Source of the DNA: an uncultured Flavipsychrobacter sp.
Lineage (GTDB): Bacteria; Bacteroidota; Bacteroidia; Chitinophagales; Chitinophagaceae
DNA length: 64,000 nt
Assembly (NCBI GenBank): GCA_964461535.1
Contig: CAYWUY010000001.1
Span: 16,784 to 80,783 of the forward strand
Direction: 5' to 3'
Below are positions 47,613 through 56,846 of the stretch, piece by piece (the first letter of the stretch is position 1; each line of letters begins with the position of its first letter). The notes below the pieces were generated by a model that ran no database searches, was not told where the DNA came from, and was given only the letters and a program-made list of their open reading frames with translations. Position numbers and translations under genes: made by a program.

Positions 47613-47713
47613 GGTGTTAAATTATACGAAAAAAATTACTACTTTAATAAAATTTATATCCTATATTTACGCTTTAGTACTCTTTTCTTAACTTATTAAA
47701 AAAACCGACGCGC

Positions 47714-48148
47714 ATGAGTAAAATTAAAAACTTACGCATTGTTATTGCAATTATTGCAATTGCAATTTTGGGAACTACTGTTTCTCAAGCTGCATTTCCT
47801 GTTGCTAAAGAAAAAGAAAGAACGGAAATCTCTTCTTCTAGCAGCAACACTAACTACACAACAGATGAAAACGTTGTAAAAACTGCTGATGAAAGTGCAA
47901 CAGCAAAAGCTAGCCCAGCTCCCGCACACAAACCAGGTGGTAGTGGCAAAAGCCAAATAGTAGCACTATTATTATGTGCTCTTGTTGGTGGCTTGGGAAT
48001 ACACAGATTTTACCTAGGTTATACATGGCAAGGTGTAGTTCAACTACTTACAGCAGGCGGCTGTGGCATTTGGGCATTAATTGACTTAATCCGTATTATC
48101 ACTGGAGATTTAGGCCCTAAAGATGGCAAGTACTCAAAAACATTCTAA
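47714..48148 (+). CDS. TM2-domain membrane protein
   Basis: 144 aa with an N-terminal signal/TM segment and a Ser/Thr/Ala-rich linker. The C-terminal TM2 signature is KSQIVALLLCALVGGLGIHRFYLGYTWQGVVQLLTAGGCGIWALIDLIRII. Confidence 0.8.
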   Translation: MSKIKNLRIVIAIIAIAILGTTVSQAAFPVAKEKERTEISSSSSNTNYTTDENVVKTADESATAKASPAPAHKPGGSGKSQIVALLLCALVGGLGIHRFYLGYTWQGVVQLLTAGGCGIWALIDLIRIITGDLGPKDGKYSKTF

Positions 48149-48494
48149 GCTTAAAAAAATAAATTTTTATAGGGCCAAGGCTATTGTCTTGGCCTTATTT
48201 CCTATTACCCTGTTGTTATTGCCTGCAACTTTTTTTGACAAAGGGCGTGACATATGCCTTTTTACTATTTTATCGGGCTACAAATGCTGGGGCTGCGGCA
48301 TTACACGTGCTTGTATGCACATGATTCATTTAGACTTTAAAACAGCAGAACAGTATAATAAGCTAGTATTTATAGTTTTACCCATTCTATGCGGTTTATT
48401 ACTAGCAGAGTTTTTAAGAACAATCAATATCATACGTAAATATGATAAAATAAAAGAGAGGTTGGTTCAACAACAATCTGAAGAAGTACAATAG
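48123..48494 (+). CDS. DUF2752-family membrane protein
   Basis: 123 aa. The motif CLFTILSGYKCWGCGITRA (C-x10-CxxCG-TR) and its size match DUF2752. It overlaps the TM2 gene by 26 nt. Confidence 0.65.
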   Translation: MASTQKHSKLKKINFYRAKAIVLALFPITLLLLPATFFDKGRDICLFTILSGYKCWGCGITRACMHMIHLDFKTAEQYNKLVFIVLPILCGLLLAEFLRTINIIRKYDKIKERLVQQQSEEVQ

Positions 48495-48531
48495 CATAAT
48501 AGCTTTTCAAAAAAGTCTGCATTAGCTTGCT

Positions 48532-48870
48532 TCATTTTTTAAGCATAGCCGATACATAGCAAAAGTCTTTTGCCCCATACTTAGATAAAGTGTTGATTAG
48601 CTTTGTTTCTTTAAACTGCAATACCCCTTTTTTAAAGTCTAACTTACCTGCTACTTTGGTGGTTGTTTTATTAGATCCTAAAATATCCATCACAGACTGG
48701 CCAGATATTGTTCCTGAGCTATCGTTGAACTCTAAACGATAAGTAGTAACCTCTTTTGAACCGGTAAACGAGGCTGAACCTATAAACACATACTGATACT
48801 GTTGGGCTAATAGTGGGTTAATGCAACTAGCTAAACATATCAGTAAACACAAAGTAAGTCTGTTAATCAC
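48532..48870 (-). pseudogene. 5' remnant of a paralog of the 292-aa secreted-protein gene
   Basis: It encodes residues 2-108 identically to the full gene. GTG replaces the ATG, and a 1-nt longer A-run gives ...CYVSAMLKK*. The remainder of the gene is absent. Confidence 0.7.
48546..48869. repeat. Direct repeat copy B (324 bp, identical to 47288-47611)
   Basis: See copy A. The flanks diverge on both sides: copy B has CAC where copy A has the CAT start codon, and there is an extra A plus substitutions beyond the low-coordinate end. Confidence 0.9.
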
Positions 48871-48946
48871 TATTATAAAATTAATCAACTTAAATTATAT
48901 GCATGGCTAGTATTCAGCGAAAACACGAAATAAGGTTAGATAGAAT

Positions 48947-48980
48947 TACAAAAAATCCCGGAACAAAATTTCCGGGATTT
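48947..48980 (-). terminator. Rho-independent terminator of the 174-aa gene
   Basis: Perfect 10-bp stem AAATCCCGGA/TCCGGGATTT, followed on the minus strand by TTTTTTGT. Confidence 0.7.
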
Positions 48981-49009
48981 ATAAATTAAGGGTAATAACC
49001 TTTTTTCAA

Positions 49010-49534
49010 CTAATCTTTTCTTATCATACAAGCAGCGGCATTCTGAATTTTGCTGCCATGCTTAGATTTCAGACTTGGTATATAGTATTCAGTATTATTT
49101 ATATTTGTTTTAATAGTGGTTATAGGGCTGGCAGCCAATTTCTTCATTTTATCTTCAGAAACCTCAAATCTCATTTGCCATCGAGTACAGCCATTTAGCA
49201 TATAGCTCGGAAGCACCTCTTCTGCTAGAGTTTCTTCAAGAATAGTTCCATCTTCCAACTTAAGATACAGTTTAGTACCCACTGATGCATTTGCGGGAAC
49301 ACGACCACCATAAACAGGTGCTAAGACAAAGCTATAGGAGTTTCCCTTTCTCGCAAACGAAAATTCCCAGTACATTTTTGAGATTAGAAAAGCATGCATG
49401 TAAGAGCGGGTGATTTCGCCTGTAAAAGCGTCCTTTTCATCTATATCAAGATGGCATTTTTGGGCAACTGCAGGCTTAACAGCTATAAGCAAGAATGCAA
49501 GGATACATACTAGTGAGTGGCGGAGTGATAGCAT
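49010..49534 (-). CDS. Secreted protein of unknown function
   Basis: 174 aa with a signal peptide ending VAQ. It has its own terminator. No family recognised. Confidence 0.5.
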   Translation of the reverse strand: MLSLRHSLVCILAFLLIAVKPAVAQKCHLDIDEKDAFTGEITRSYMHAFLISKMYWEFSFARKGNSYSFVLAPVYGGRVPANASVGTKLYLKLEDGTILEETLAEEVLPSYMLNGCTRWQMRFEVSEDKMKKLAASPITTIKTNINNTEYYIPSLKSKHGSKIQNAAACMIRKD

Positions 49535-49619
49535 AATTGTACTTTTTTGGGGTTTAGTTTTTTATATTAATGAGCCGCAAGTTAGTAATTAAACGGATAT
49601 TTACTTAATCTGTTACCAA

Positions 49620-51059
49620 TTATCTTACTTCAAGTTTAGCATTATATATTTTCCCGTCTTTATCCCATACTTTAAGGCTATATATGCCTGGGTCTACATC
49701 TGTAAGGTCTACTCTACACTCACCATCATTTTTAGGATAAACTAAATCTAGTTCTACCTCTGTTCCTTTAGTGTCAGTAATAGCACAGCTAACTATATCG
49801 GGTAGCGAGATGAAGAAGTATTTTTGCCCGGGCTCGGGTTGTTGAATTAAAAGTGATGTTTTTTGTACTTGTATACCCTTATTTACATATACCCCTCTAC
49901 GCATCATTACACAGCGCTCTATATGGTCTTCCCACACCACATAAACAAATCCACCTCCCATAGCTACATCTGCATTCAGCATAACCCCATCGGCCACCGT
50001 ATCTACTTTAGCCGTAAACCCTTTAGTAAGATCATCTGTTAGCGATAGACACACTTGATTATTACCTCCTGCTGTTTGTGTCCATACGGCAGCACCTGCA
50101 TTACCCATACCACTTATACGCGGGAAGTTTTGAATAACCACACCGGGCAGGTTTCCTGTTATAGGGGCTACAGTAATGCTTGGTTGCGACAATGATACCT
50201 TGGTAAGATATACCAAACTTTCTTGCGTAGGGCCAGACATATATACGGTATACAAGGTATCGCCCAAAATAATACCTGAGGGAGCGCTAGCAGGGCAAGC
50301 ATCGGGCCTGTACTCCACAGAGTCTACTTGTATACCATTTATAAATGATTTAGCACCATCGTTAGATATACCTACCCATATGTTGCGTTCGCCGTGTAAG
50401 TTATTTCTGTATAATAACATTCCTGCACTACCCGATACTACTAATGCAGCCGGGCTACATTCGCACACATTGCCACTGCCACCTATGCTGGCTAAGGTAT
50501 CTTTATAGAAATTCTCCCCCATATCATCAGAGCGTGCTACCACTATTCTATGTCCGTTATGGTCTCTATCGGCACGCATAAATGCCACATAAGGCATACC
50601 ATTTTCATCTACGCTTACGGTGGGAAACCTATTGATATATCTATTATCTAAAACATCTACCTGATCGGGGACTGAAAAGTGCTGGCCGCCATCGTAAGAC
50701 CTAATCATGTAAATGTGGTTCTTATCTTCAGGTACCACTTTATACACTATATACACCGTATCGCCATGCGATGCTATATCAGGACCAGACCATGATGTAA
50801 CAAATACAACAGTATTGTTAGGTGTAATGTCTACAGGCTGCATAAAAGACTCTCCTCCCCACCTGGAAAAATATATTTTTCCATTTTCATCTCCCCATAC
50901 AGCCATAGGATTGTTATGCTTATCTAATGCTAAGCGAGGATGCAGGTTGCCATACACTTTACTAGCTACAGGGGTATGCGCCAACCAGCCAATAGTACGC
51001 TGCGCACTGGCTAGAGAAAACTGTGATATTAAAAAAAGTACGGTAAGTAAGTATTTCAT
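49620..51059 (-). CDS. Secreted beta-propeller (BNR/sialidase-like) protein with a T9SS-like C-terminal domain
   Basis: 479 aa with a signal peptide. It has repeated S/T-x-D-x-G-x-x-F/W-like units (SYDGGQHFS, SDDMGENFY, SNDGAKSF). The C-terminal beta-sandwich of about 80 aa ends GIYSLKVWDKDGKIYNAKLEVR. Confidence 0.55.
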   Translation of the reverse strand: MKYLLTVLFLISQFSLASAQRTIGWLAHTPVASKVYGNLHPRLALDKHNNPMAVWGDENGKIYFSRWGGESFMQPVDITPNNTVVFVTSWSGPDIASHGDTVYIVYKVVPEDKNHIYMIRSYDGGQHFSVPDQVDVLDNRYINRFPTVSVDENGMPYVAFMRADRDHNGHRIVVARSDDMGENFYKDTLASIGGSGNVCECSPAALVVSGSAGMLLYRNNLHGERNIWVGISNDGAKSFINGIQVDSVEYRPDACPASAPSGIILGDTLYTVYMSGPTQESLVYLTKVSLSQPSITVAPITGNLPGVVIQNFPRISGMGNAGAAVWTQTAGGNNQVCLSLTDDLTKGFTAKVDTVADGVMLNADVAMGGGFVYVVWEDHIERCVMMRRGVYVNKGIQVQKTSLLIQQPEPGQKYFFISLPDIVSCAITDTKGTEVELDLVYPKNDGECRVDLTDVDPGIYSLKVWDKDGKIYNAKLEVR

Positions 51060-51091
51060 TTTAAAGCTGCTAAGTTATAAACAAATGAACA

Positions 51092-51994
51092 CTACAGTTC
51101 ATATACTTCTCCTTCAACAGTTATATCTACGTTAGGAAAAATTGCAGCAGCCTCTTGAGCAAAAGGCTCAAGATCTTTATACTTAGATGAGAAATGCCCC
51201 AACAACAGTCGCTTTACACCTGCTTTTTTAGCTAAAGTAGCAGCCTGTACCGATGTGGTATGAAACCGCATTGCTGCTTTATCAGCATCGGCATGCAAAT
51301 AGGTACTTTCATGATACATACCATCTACACCTGTAATTAAGTCTAAAAACGATTCATTATAAATTGTATCCGCACAGTAAGCATATTTTTTAGGCGTTGG
51401 TCCATCTACGGTTAGTAAGCTGTTAGCCACTATACTACCATCAGGTTGTATATAATCTGCACCCATTTTTATTTCATTATACAATTGCTGTGGCACATTA
51501 TACTTTATACATTCTTCAGGTAATATTGTTCTGCCATTAGTTTTTCTTTCTATTAAAAAGCCATGACAAGTAATGCGATGCTCTACCGGAAAAGCCATGA
51601 CAGAGAAGATACTAGTATCTACCAGTAGGCTTCTACCTTCTGGTATAGGATGAAAATGAAACGGATAATTCAATACCGTATCTGCTACTTTAAATATCTG
51701 TTGTAGTATTTCTTCCAGCGGAGCCGGCGCATATAGGTGAAGCGGCTCGGTGCGCCCCATTAAGCTCATACTATTAATAAGACCTGGCAAACCAAAATAA
51801 TGGTCGCCATGGAGATGACTGATGAATATATGACGTAACCTCTTCCACTTCACACCATACCGCTGCATTTGTATCTGTGTTCCCTCACCGCAATCTATCA
51901 ATACCACTTCGCCAAACATGGTAACTATTTGCGAAGTAGGATGACGACCGAATGCAGGTAAGGCAGAGTTATTGCCCAATATGGTTACCCTCAT
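51092..51994 (-). CDS. rnz: Ribonuclease Z (metallo-beta-lactamase fold)
   Basis: 300 aa. It contains ITILGNNSALPAFGRHPTSQ and the HLHGDH motif. Its length and C-terminal GHFS motif are typical of short-form RNase Z. Confidence 0.85.
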   Translation of the reverse strand: MRVTILGNNSALPAFGRHPTSQIVTMFGEVVLIDCGEGTQIQMQRYGVKWKRLRHIFISHLHGDHYFGLPGLINSMSLMGRTEPLHLYAPAPLEEILQQIFKVADTVLNYPFHFHPIPEGRSLLVDTSIFSVMAFPVEHRITCHGFLIERKTNGRTILPEECIKYNVPQQLYNEIKMGADYIQPDGSIVANSLLTVDGPTPKKYAYCADTIYNESFLDLITGVDGMYHESTYLHADADKAAMRFHTTSVQAATLAKKAGVKRLLLGHFSSKYKDLEPFAQEAAAIFPNVDITVEGEVYEL

Positions 51995-52003
51995 GTAAAT
52001 GCA

Positions 52004-53689
52004 CTATTTTTTAGTTAGTATATTTTTATATTCAGCGCTATTGGCCAATAGAGATAAAGCTTTGTCAAGCGATTTATCATTTTGCAAACCATGAGCAGCC
52101 CTACCCTTTGTAAAGTAATAACGCGATACTATTTCGCTTTCCAACAGTTGCTTTACTCTATCTTTATTCTTAGTAAGATCTTGTTTTTTATCATGAGAAA
52201 GTTTTGACTTAAGGGCATCAAATTCTTTCTTGGCATCATCATAGGTTTTCTCTTTTATAGCTACACTTTTTAGAGAGTCTAGCTGCACTTCAGCATCAGT
52301 TTTATAGCTATAATCTTTATTATCTAGCCATTTTACAAAGTCGTTATACTCGGCCTCGGTAAGCGAAAATTTAGAGGGCTCTTCTATAGTTTTATGCTTC
52401 TTAGCATAATCTGTAGCATAGTCAAACACATAGTTTTTAGCTTGTAGCGTTAGTGCTACTATACCTACCGCATCATCAGCCTGTTTTACATCAGGCTCTA
52501 TACCACCACCACTTAACACTTTTCTGCCGGCTTTTGTATAGTATGTTTTCTTAAGAGAATCTGCCACTACTGTAGCTGTACGGTCAGCATTTCTGTGCGT
52601 ATAGTCTATAGCTTGTATACATCTGCCGCTAGGTGTGTAATAGCGTGCTATAGTAACCTTTAGCTGTGCATTATAGCCTAATGGACGTGTTACCTGTACA
52701 AGACCCTTTCCGTAAGACCTTTCACCTATTATTACAGCTCTATCTAAATCTTGCATAGTACCGGCAACAATCTCAGATGCCGAGGCCGATGAATGATTGA
52801 CTAATATAGTTAGCGGGATATCTTTATTCCATACTGCACCTGAGGTTTTATACTCTTTTTCCACATCGGGTGTTTTACCTTTGGTGCGCACTACTACCTG
52901 GTCTTTGTCTATAAACATGTTACAAATGTTTACAGCCTCTTCTACCAATCCTCCTGGATTAGATCTTAAATCCAGCACCAAACCTTTTAAATTAGGTTGC
53001 GCCTTTTGCAAGCTATCATATGCTGCCTTTACCTGCCTTGCACAGCCTTGGGTAAATTGCAACAGTTTTACATACGCCACGTTCTTTTGCTCACCAACTA
53101 GTGCTGCATACGGAACGCTAGAAATTTCAATTTCTCCGCGAGTAATAATTTTAGTTGTTTCTACACCATTATAAACATCTTTTATCTTCATGGTGAGTTG
53201 TGTACCGGGAGAACCCTTTAGCAATGGGCTAAGGTCGTCTACACTTTTTCCTTTTACGCTTTGGTTATCTATTTCTAGTACCACATCACCGGGATGTAAG
53301 CCCGCACGTAGCGCCGGACTATTTTCAAATACATCTCCTACATATATCTCATCGCCCTTGCGCTGCATATTAGCACCTATTCCGCCGTACTTACCTGTAG
53401 TAGCAAAACGATAATCTTCAACATCTGATTCTGTAATATAATTTGTATACGGATCTAAATCGGCTAGCATTGCATCTACCCCGGTTTTCACCAATCTACC
53501 CGGCTCAAGCGGGTCTACGTAGTAGTTATTTAGCTCTCTGAATAAGTTAGCAAATACATCAAGATTTTTAGATATCTCGAAATAGGGCTCATCAGTAGTT
53601 TTTGCATTAATGAAAAGAAAAGCAGTTGCAGAGAGTGCTGCACCGGCTACAAATCCTTTTCCACGCTTTAACTTATTAAATAAATTCAT
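52004..53689 (-). CDS. S41-family C-terminal processing peptidase with PDZ domain
   Basis: The likely start is ATG 53689 (MNLFNKLKRGKG...). It has a PDZ domain (GIGANMQRKGDEIYVGDVFENSPALRAGLHPGDVV). The catalytic region shows LVLDLRSNPGGL, SASASE and GERSYGKG. Confidence 0.88.
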   Translation of the reverse strand: MNLFNKLKRGKGFVAGAALSATAFLFINAKTTDEPYFEISKNLDVFANLFRELNNYYVDPLEPGRLVKTGVDAMLADLDPYTNYITESDVEDYRFATTGKYGGIGANMQRKGDEIYVGDVFENSPALRAGLHPGDVVLEIDNQSVKGKSVDDLSPLLKGSPGTQLTMKIKDVYNGVETTKIITRGEIEISSVPYAALVGEQKNVAYVKLLQFTQGCARQVKAAYDSLQKAQPNLKGLVLDLRSNPGGLVEEAVNICNMFIDKDQVVVRTKGKTPDVEKEYKTSGAVWNKDIPLTILVNHSSASASEIVAGTMQDLDRAVIIGERSYGKGLVQVTRPLGYNAQLKVTIARYYTPSGRCIQAIDYTHRNADRTATVVADSLKKTYYTKAGRKVLSGGGIEPDVKQADDAVGIVALTLQAKNYVFDYATDYAKKHKTIEEPSKFSLTEAEYNDFVKWLDNKDYSYKTDAEVQLDSLKSVAIKEKTYDDAKKEFDALKSKLSHDKKQDLTKNKDRVKQLLESEIVSRYYFTKGRAAHGLQNDKSLDKALSLLANSAEYKNILTKK

Positions 53690-53860
53690 GGCACAAACCT
53701 TGTACTTAGTATAAATAATTAGCAATGTACAATTTATGAAATACTCGGCATGCTATGAAAAATATAATTTTCTCATTTTAGCAGTCTATTCTTAAGTATT
53801 CCGTAAATTGTAACAAAAATAATTGAATATTGCCTACAGCTAACGGCTGTAACGTATATC

Positions 53861-54508
53861 ATGATACATAAAATTTATATACTCGTTCTTGTACTCTTAG
53901 CATCCAGTGGTACTGTAATGGCTCAAAAGCCATTTGTTGAGGGTACTATAGAATATAAAATTGAACTTACCTCTAGCGACCATAAAACATATTCAGGTAC
54001 GTATATTTTTAACTTTAAAGAAGGGGCAATAAGGAAAGAAATAAAGCTAAATAATGGTTTTAAAGATATTCTGCTTATCAATAGCACTTTAAATACTGCT
54101 TTCTCACTACAAGATAAGAACGACCGTAAATATGCCGTGCAATTGAAAATGGATGAAATTGTTGCCAGGCAAAAAAAATACAAAGGCTTTACCTTAAAAG
54201 AAGACCGCACTAGTGGCAAAATAATTGCCGGAATAACCGTATTTAAGGGCAGTGCACAATATGCGGATGGGACAAAAGTGGAGGTATACTTCACCCCGGA
54301 ATGGTGTCCCGACAAAGCTATTGCCTTTGACTTATTTCCTGATGCTCGTTTTTTACCACTACTTTACGTATATACCGATGAGAATGGCAACACATTACGT
54401 ATGGAAGCTACAAAAGTGAGTGTTAGCCCTCAAGAAAATAGTATATTCAGAGTGCCTACAGACTATAAAATACTAACTAACGCAGAGTATAAAAAGCTGA
54501 GTAAATAA
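53861..54508 (+). CDS. Secreted protein of unknown function
   Basis: 215 aa with a signal peptide ending VMAQ. No family recognised. Confidence 0.5.
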   Translation: MIHKIYILVLVLLASSGTVMAQKPFVEGTIEYKIELTSSDHKTYSGTYIFNFKEGAIRKEIKLNNGFKDILLINSTLNTAFSLQDKNDRKYAVQLKMDEIVARQKKYKGFTLKEDRTSGKIIAGITVFKGSAQYADGTKVEVYFTPEWCPDKAIAFDLFPDARFLPLLYVYTDENGNTLRMEATKVSVSPQENSIFRVPTDYKILTNAEYKKLSK

Positions 54509-54553
54509 ATTTTATTTCTCATTTTTACTACAAGAAAGAATCAATACCATTTC

Positions 54554-55480
54554 ATGAGTACAACAAACTTTGGCATAGCTATACATGGCGGTGCAGGCAC
54601 TATACTGCGCAGCAATATGACCGCAGAACTGCAACTAGCCTACGAAAGTGCACTACAAGATGCGCTACAAGCCGGTTACAAAATAATTAGCACAGGTGGC
54701 TCTGCTGTGGCAGCCGTGGCAGCCGCAGTGGCTTCTTTAGAAGACTTCCCTCTATTTAATGCAGGTAGAGGCTCGGTATTCAACAACATAGGTAAGCATG
54801 AAATGGATGCTGCTATAATGGATGGTAGCAACCTAATGGCGGGTGCTGTTAGCGGTGTGGCCGGAATTAAAAACCCGGTATTGCTGGCACAATCTATTAT
54901 GCTTAATAGCGAGCATGTGCTACTAACAGGAGCGGGTGCTGAAATTTTTGCTAAAAAGCAAGGCATAGCCTTTGAGCCGGAAAGCTACTTTTATACCGAG
55001 CAACGCTATAACCAATGGCAAGAGGCACTTAAGGAAGATAAAATACAGCTAGACCATAGCGATAAAAAGTTTGGTACGGTAGGTGCTGTGGCACTAGACC
55101 AACATGGAAATATGGCCGCAGCTACAAGCACAGGCGGTATGACTAATAAAAAATTTGGCCGCATAGGCGACAGCCCCATTATAGGTGCCGGTACTTATGC
55201 CAATAATACTACTTGTGCCATAAGCTGTACCGGACATGGGGAGTTGTTTATTCGTTCGGTAGTTGCTTATGATATTTCTTGCCTTATGGAATATAAAGGA
55301 TTATCGCTAAAAGAAGCCTGCGATATAGTAGTGCACGATAAACTAGTAAAAATACAGGGAGAAGGCGGTCTGGTGGCAATAGATAAAGATGGTAATATAG
55401 AATTGCCATTTAATAGTGAGGGTATGTATAGAGGATACATGAGTGCCGCTAAAGGAAACTATGTAGCTATATATAAATAG
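54554..55480 (+). CDS. Isoaspartyl peptidase / L-asparaginase (Ntn hydrolase, plant-type asparaginase family)
   Basis: 308 aa. It has HGGAG near the N-terminus and the autoprocessing site GTVGAVALD with the Thr nucleophile. GAGTYA and TGHGE motifs are also present. Confidence 0.9.
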   Translation: MSTTNFGIAIHGGAGTILRSNMTAELQLAYESALQDALQAGYKIISTGGSAVAAVAAAVASLEDFPLFNAGRGSVFNNIGKHEMDAAIMDGSNLMAGAVSGVAGIKNPVLLAQSIMLNSEHVLLTGAGAEIFAKKQGIAFEPESYFYTEQRYNQWQEALKEDKIQLDHSDKKFGTVGAVALDQHGNMAAATSTGGMTNKKFGRIGDSPIIGAGTYANNTTCAISCTGHGELFIRSVVAYDISCLMEYKGLSLKEACDIVVHDKLVKIQGEGGLVAIDKDGNIELPFNSEGMYRGYMSAAKGNYVAIYK

Positions 55481-55507
55481 AGACTATCTAACAATGTTAT
55501 AAAACGG

Positions 55508-55537
55508 AAGCGGAGGGTAGATACCCTCCGCTTTTTT
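55508..55537 (+). terminator. Rho-independent terminator
   Basis: Stem GCGGAGGG/CCCTCCGC (extendable), followed by TTTTTT. Confidence 0.7.
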
Positions 55538-55589
55538 CTTAATAACCATTCACTACACTCTTACCGTTAAAACAGCATCTTAAATATTA

Positions 55590-56597
55590 TTATTCTTTAA
55601 TGAATTTTGTTGTTGTAGTACCTCTTTCAGACTGTACTCTTACAAAGTACACACCAGCAGACAAATTGGTTAGGCTGAAAGAAGCATTGCTTACGTTTTT
55701 AACTGTAGTTACTACCTTACCTGATACATCCATTATAGATACTGTATTATTAGCTACACCAGATTTATCAGTGAAATACAATACATCGTTAGCAGGATTA
55801 GGATAGATAGTTACGTCTGCTTCTTTATTAATGTTAGTTATAGACGTTGGCACTTTAGGTAATGGTATTAATGCACCACCCATTCTTGTAGCCACCCATA
55901 AACCGAATGATTTGCCATTGCTATTAACTGTAGAATCTAAGAAACCTGAAGCTAATACAGTGATTGCAGAATCGCCAAGATTTAATGTATTTAATGGTAC
56001 ACTGTAATTTGCTACAGTTGTAGCACCATCAGCAGTAGTAACTGCTACTGTATAATCTGATTCAGGCAAAGTAACATAACCGGTACTGTTAAATGAACCG
56101 AACGGAATGTTATCTACCAATACAGTACTACCAGCCCTTACATCTACTTGTGGAGCATCTGTGCAGCCATGCATCACCAACACATCAGTGCTACCTGCAG
56201 TAGTTGACACTTCTCTGGCACCAGAATAAACACTTAGCCTGAATGGAACTGTAGAAACACCAGGGGTATAACCACTAGGGCTTACTATACCATTAGCTAC
56301 CACTACATACTTCTCGCCAGACATTAACGTTAGCGTATCAGAATAGATAGCATCTGTAACCGTATCGCTACCTTTAGGAGCTATACTTACAATAATAGGT
56401 ACACCGGCAGGAGCATCAAAAAATCCTGTAGCAGTTCTGAAAGCGAAATTATCTATAGCCTTGTCAGTACCAAGATAAACATCTACTGAATCTGCAGCTA
56501 GGTCTGCACAATTGTGTATCACTTGTACTCTTGCAGTTTGCGCAAAAGCAAATAGGGCTGATGATAAAGCCATTGTAGTCAGTAATAGTTTTTTCAT
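55590..56597 (-). CDS. DUF4397-like secreted protein with T9SS type A C-terminal sorting domain
   Basis: The likely start is ATG 56597 (MKKLLLTTMALSS). A repeated beta-domain begins ARVQVIHNCADLAADSVDVY / VLVMHGCTDAPQVDV. The C-terminus reads VTIYPNPANDVLYF...LSAGVYFVRVQS. Confidence 0.7.
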   Translation of the reverse strand: MKKLLLTTMALSSALFAFAQTARVQVIHNCADLAADSVDVYLGTDKAIDNFAFRTATGFFDAPAGVPIIVSIAPKGSDTVTDAIYSDTLTLMSGEKYVVVANGIVSPSGYTPGVSTVPFRLSVYSGAREVSTTAGSTDVLVMHGCTDAPQVDVRAGSTVLVDNIPFGSFNSTGYVTLPESDYTVAVTTADGATTVANYSVPLNTLNLGDSAITVLASGFLDSTVNSNGKSFGLWVATRMGGALIPLPKVPTSITNINKEADVTIYPNPANDVLYFTDKSGVANNTVSIMDVSGKVVTTVKNVSNASFSLTNLSAGVYFVRVQSERGTTTTKFIKE

Positions 56598-56812
56598 ATT
56601 GTCTAAGAATTTGTGTGAAAGTATAAACAAAATGAATTTGAACATCATTTAGCCTACTAAATTAGTATGATTTATGTTTTGTTTAACATTTTTCACAAAT
56701 AAGTAAACAAAACAACAAAATAGGGTAACAACTTGCTAAATAGAGATACAAACAGTGTTTATAACTAGAAATTCTTTGTTATTTAACCCATAAAGGTTAG
56801 CTATTAAAAAAG

Positions 56813-56820
56813 TAGCTTTG
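56813..56820 (+). promoter_or_regulatory. -7 promoter box (TAGCTTTG)
   Basis: TAnnTTTG, 26 nt upstream of the alaS ATG. Confidence 0.5.
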
Positions 56821-56846
56821 CAATCCATTTTATATAATAGTAATTC

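Noticed and set aside
56676-56713. 10-bp inverted repeat GTTTTGTTTA/TAAACAAAAC in the divergent region upstream of alaS
   Set aside because: It is AT-rich with an 18-nt loop. It lies about 100 nt upstream of the alaS -7 box and has no link to a known regulator. It may be chance or a weak structural element.
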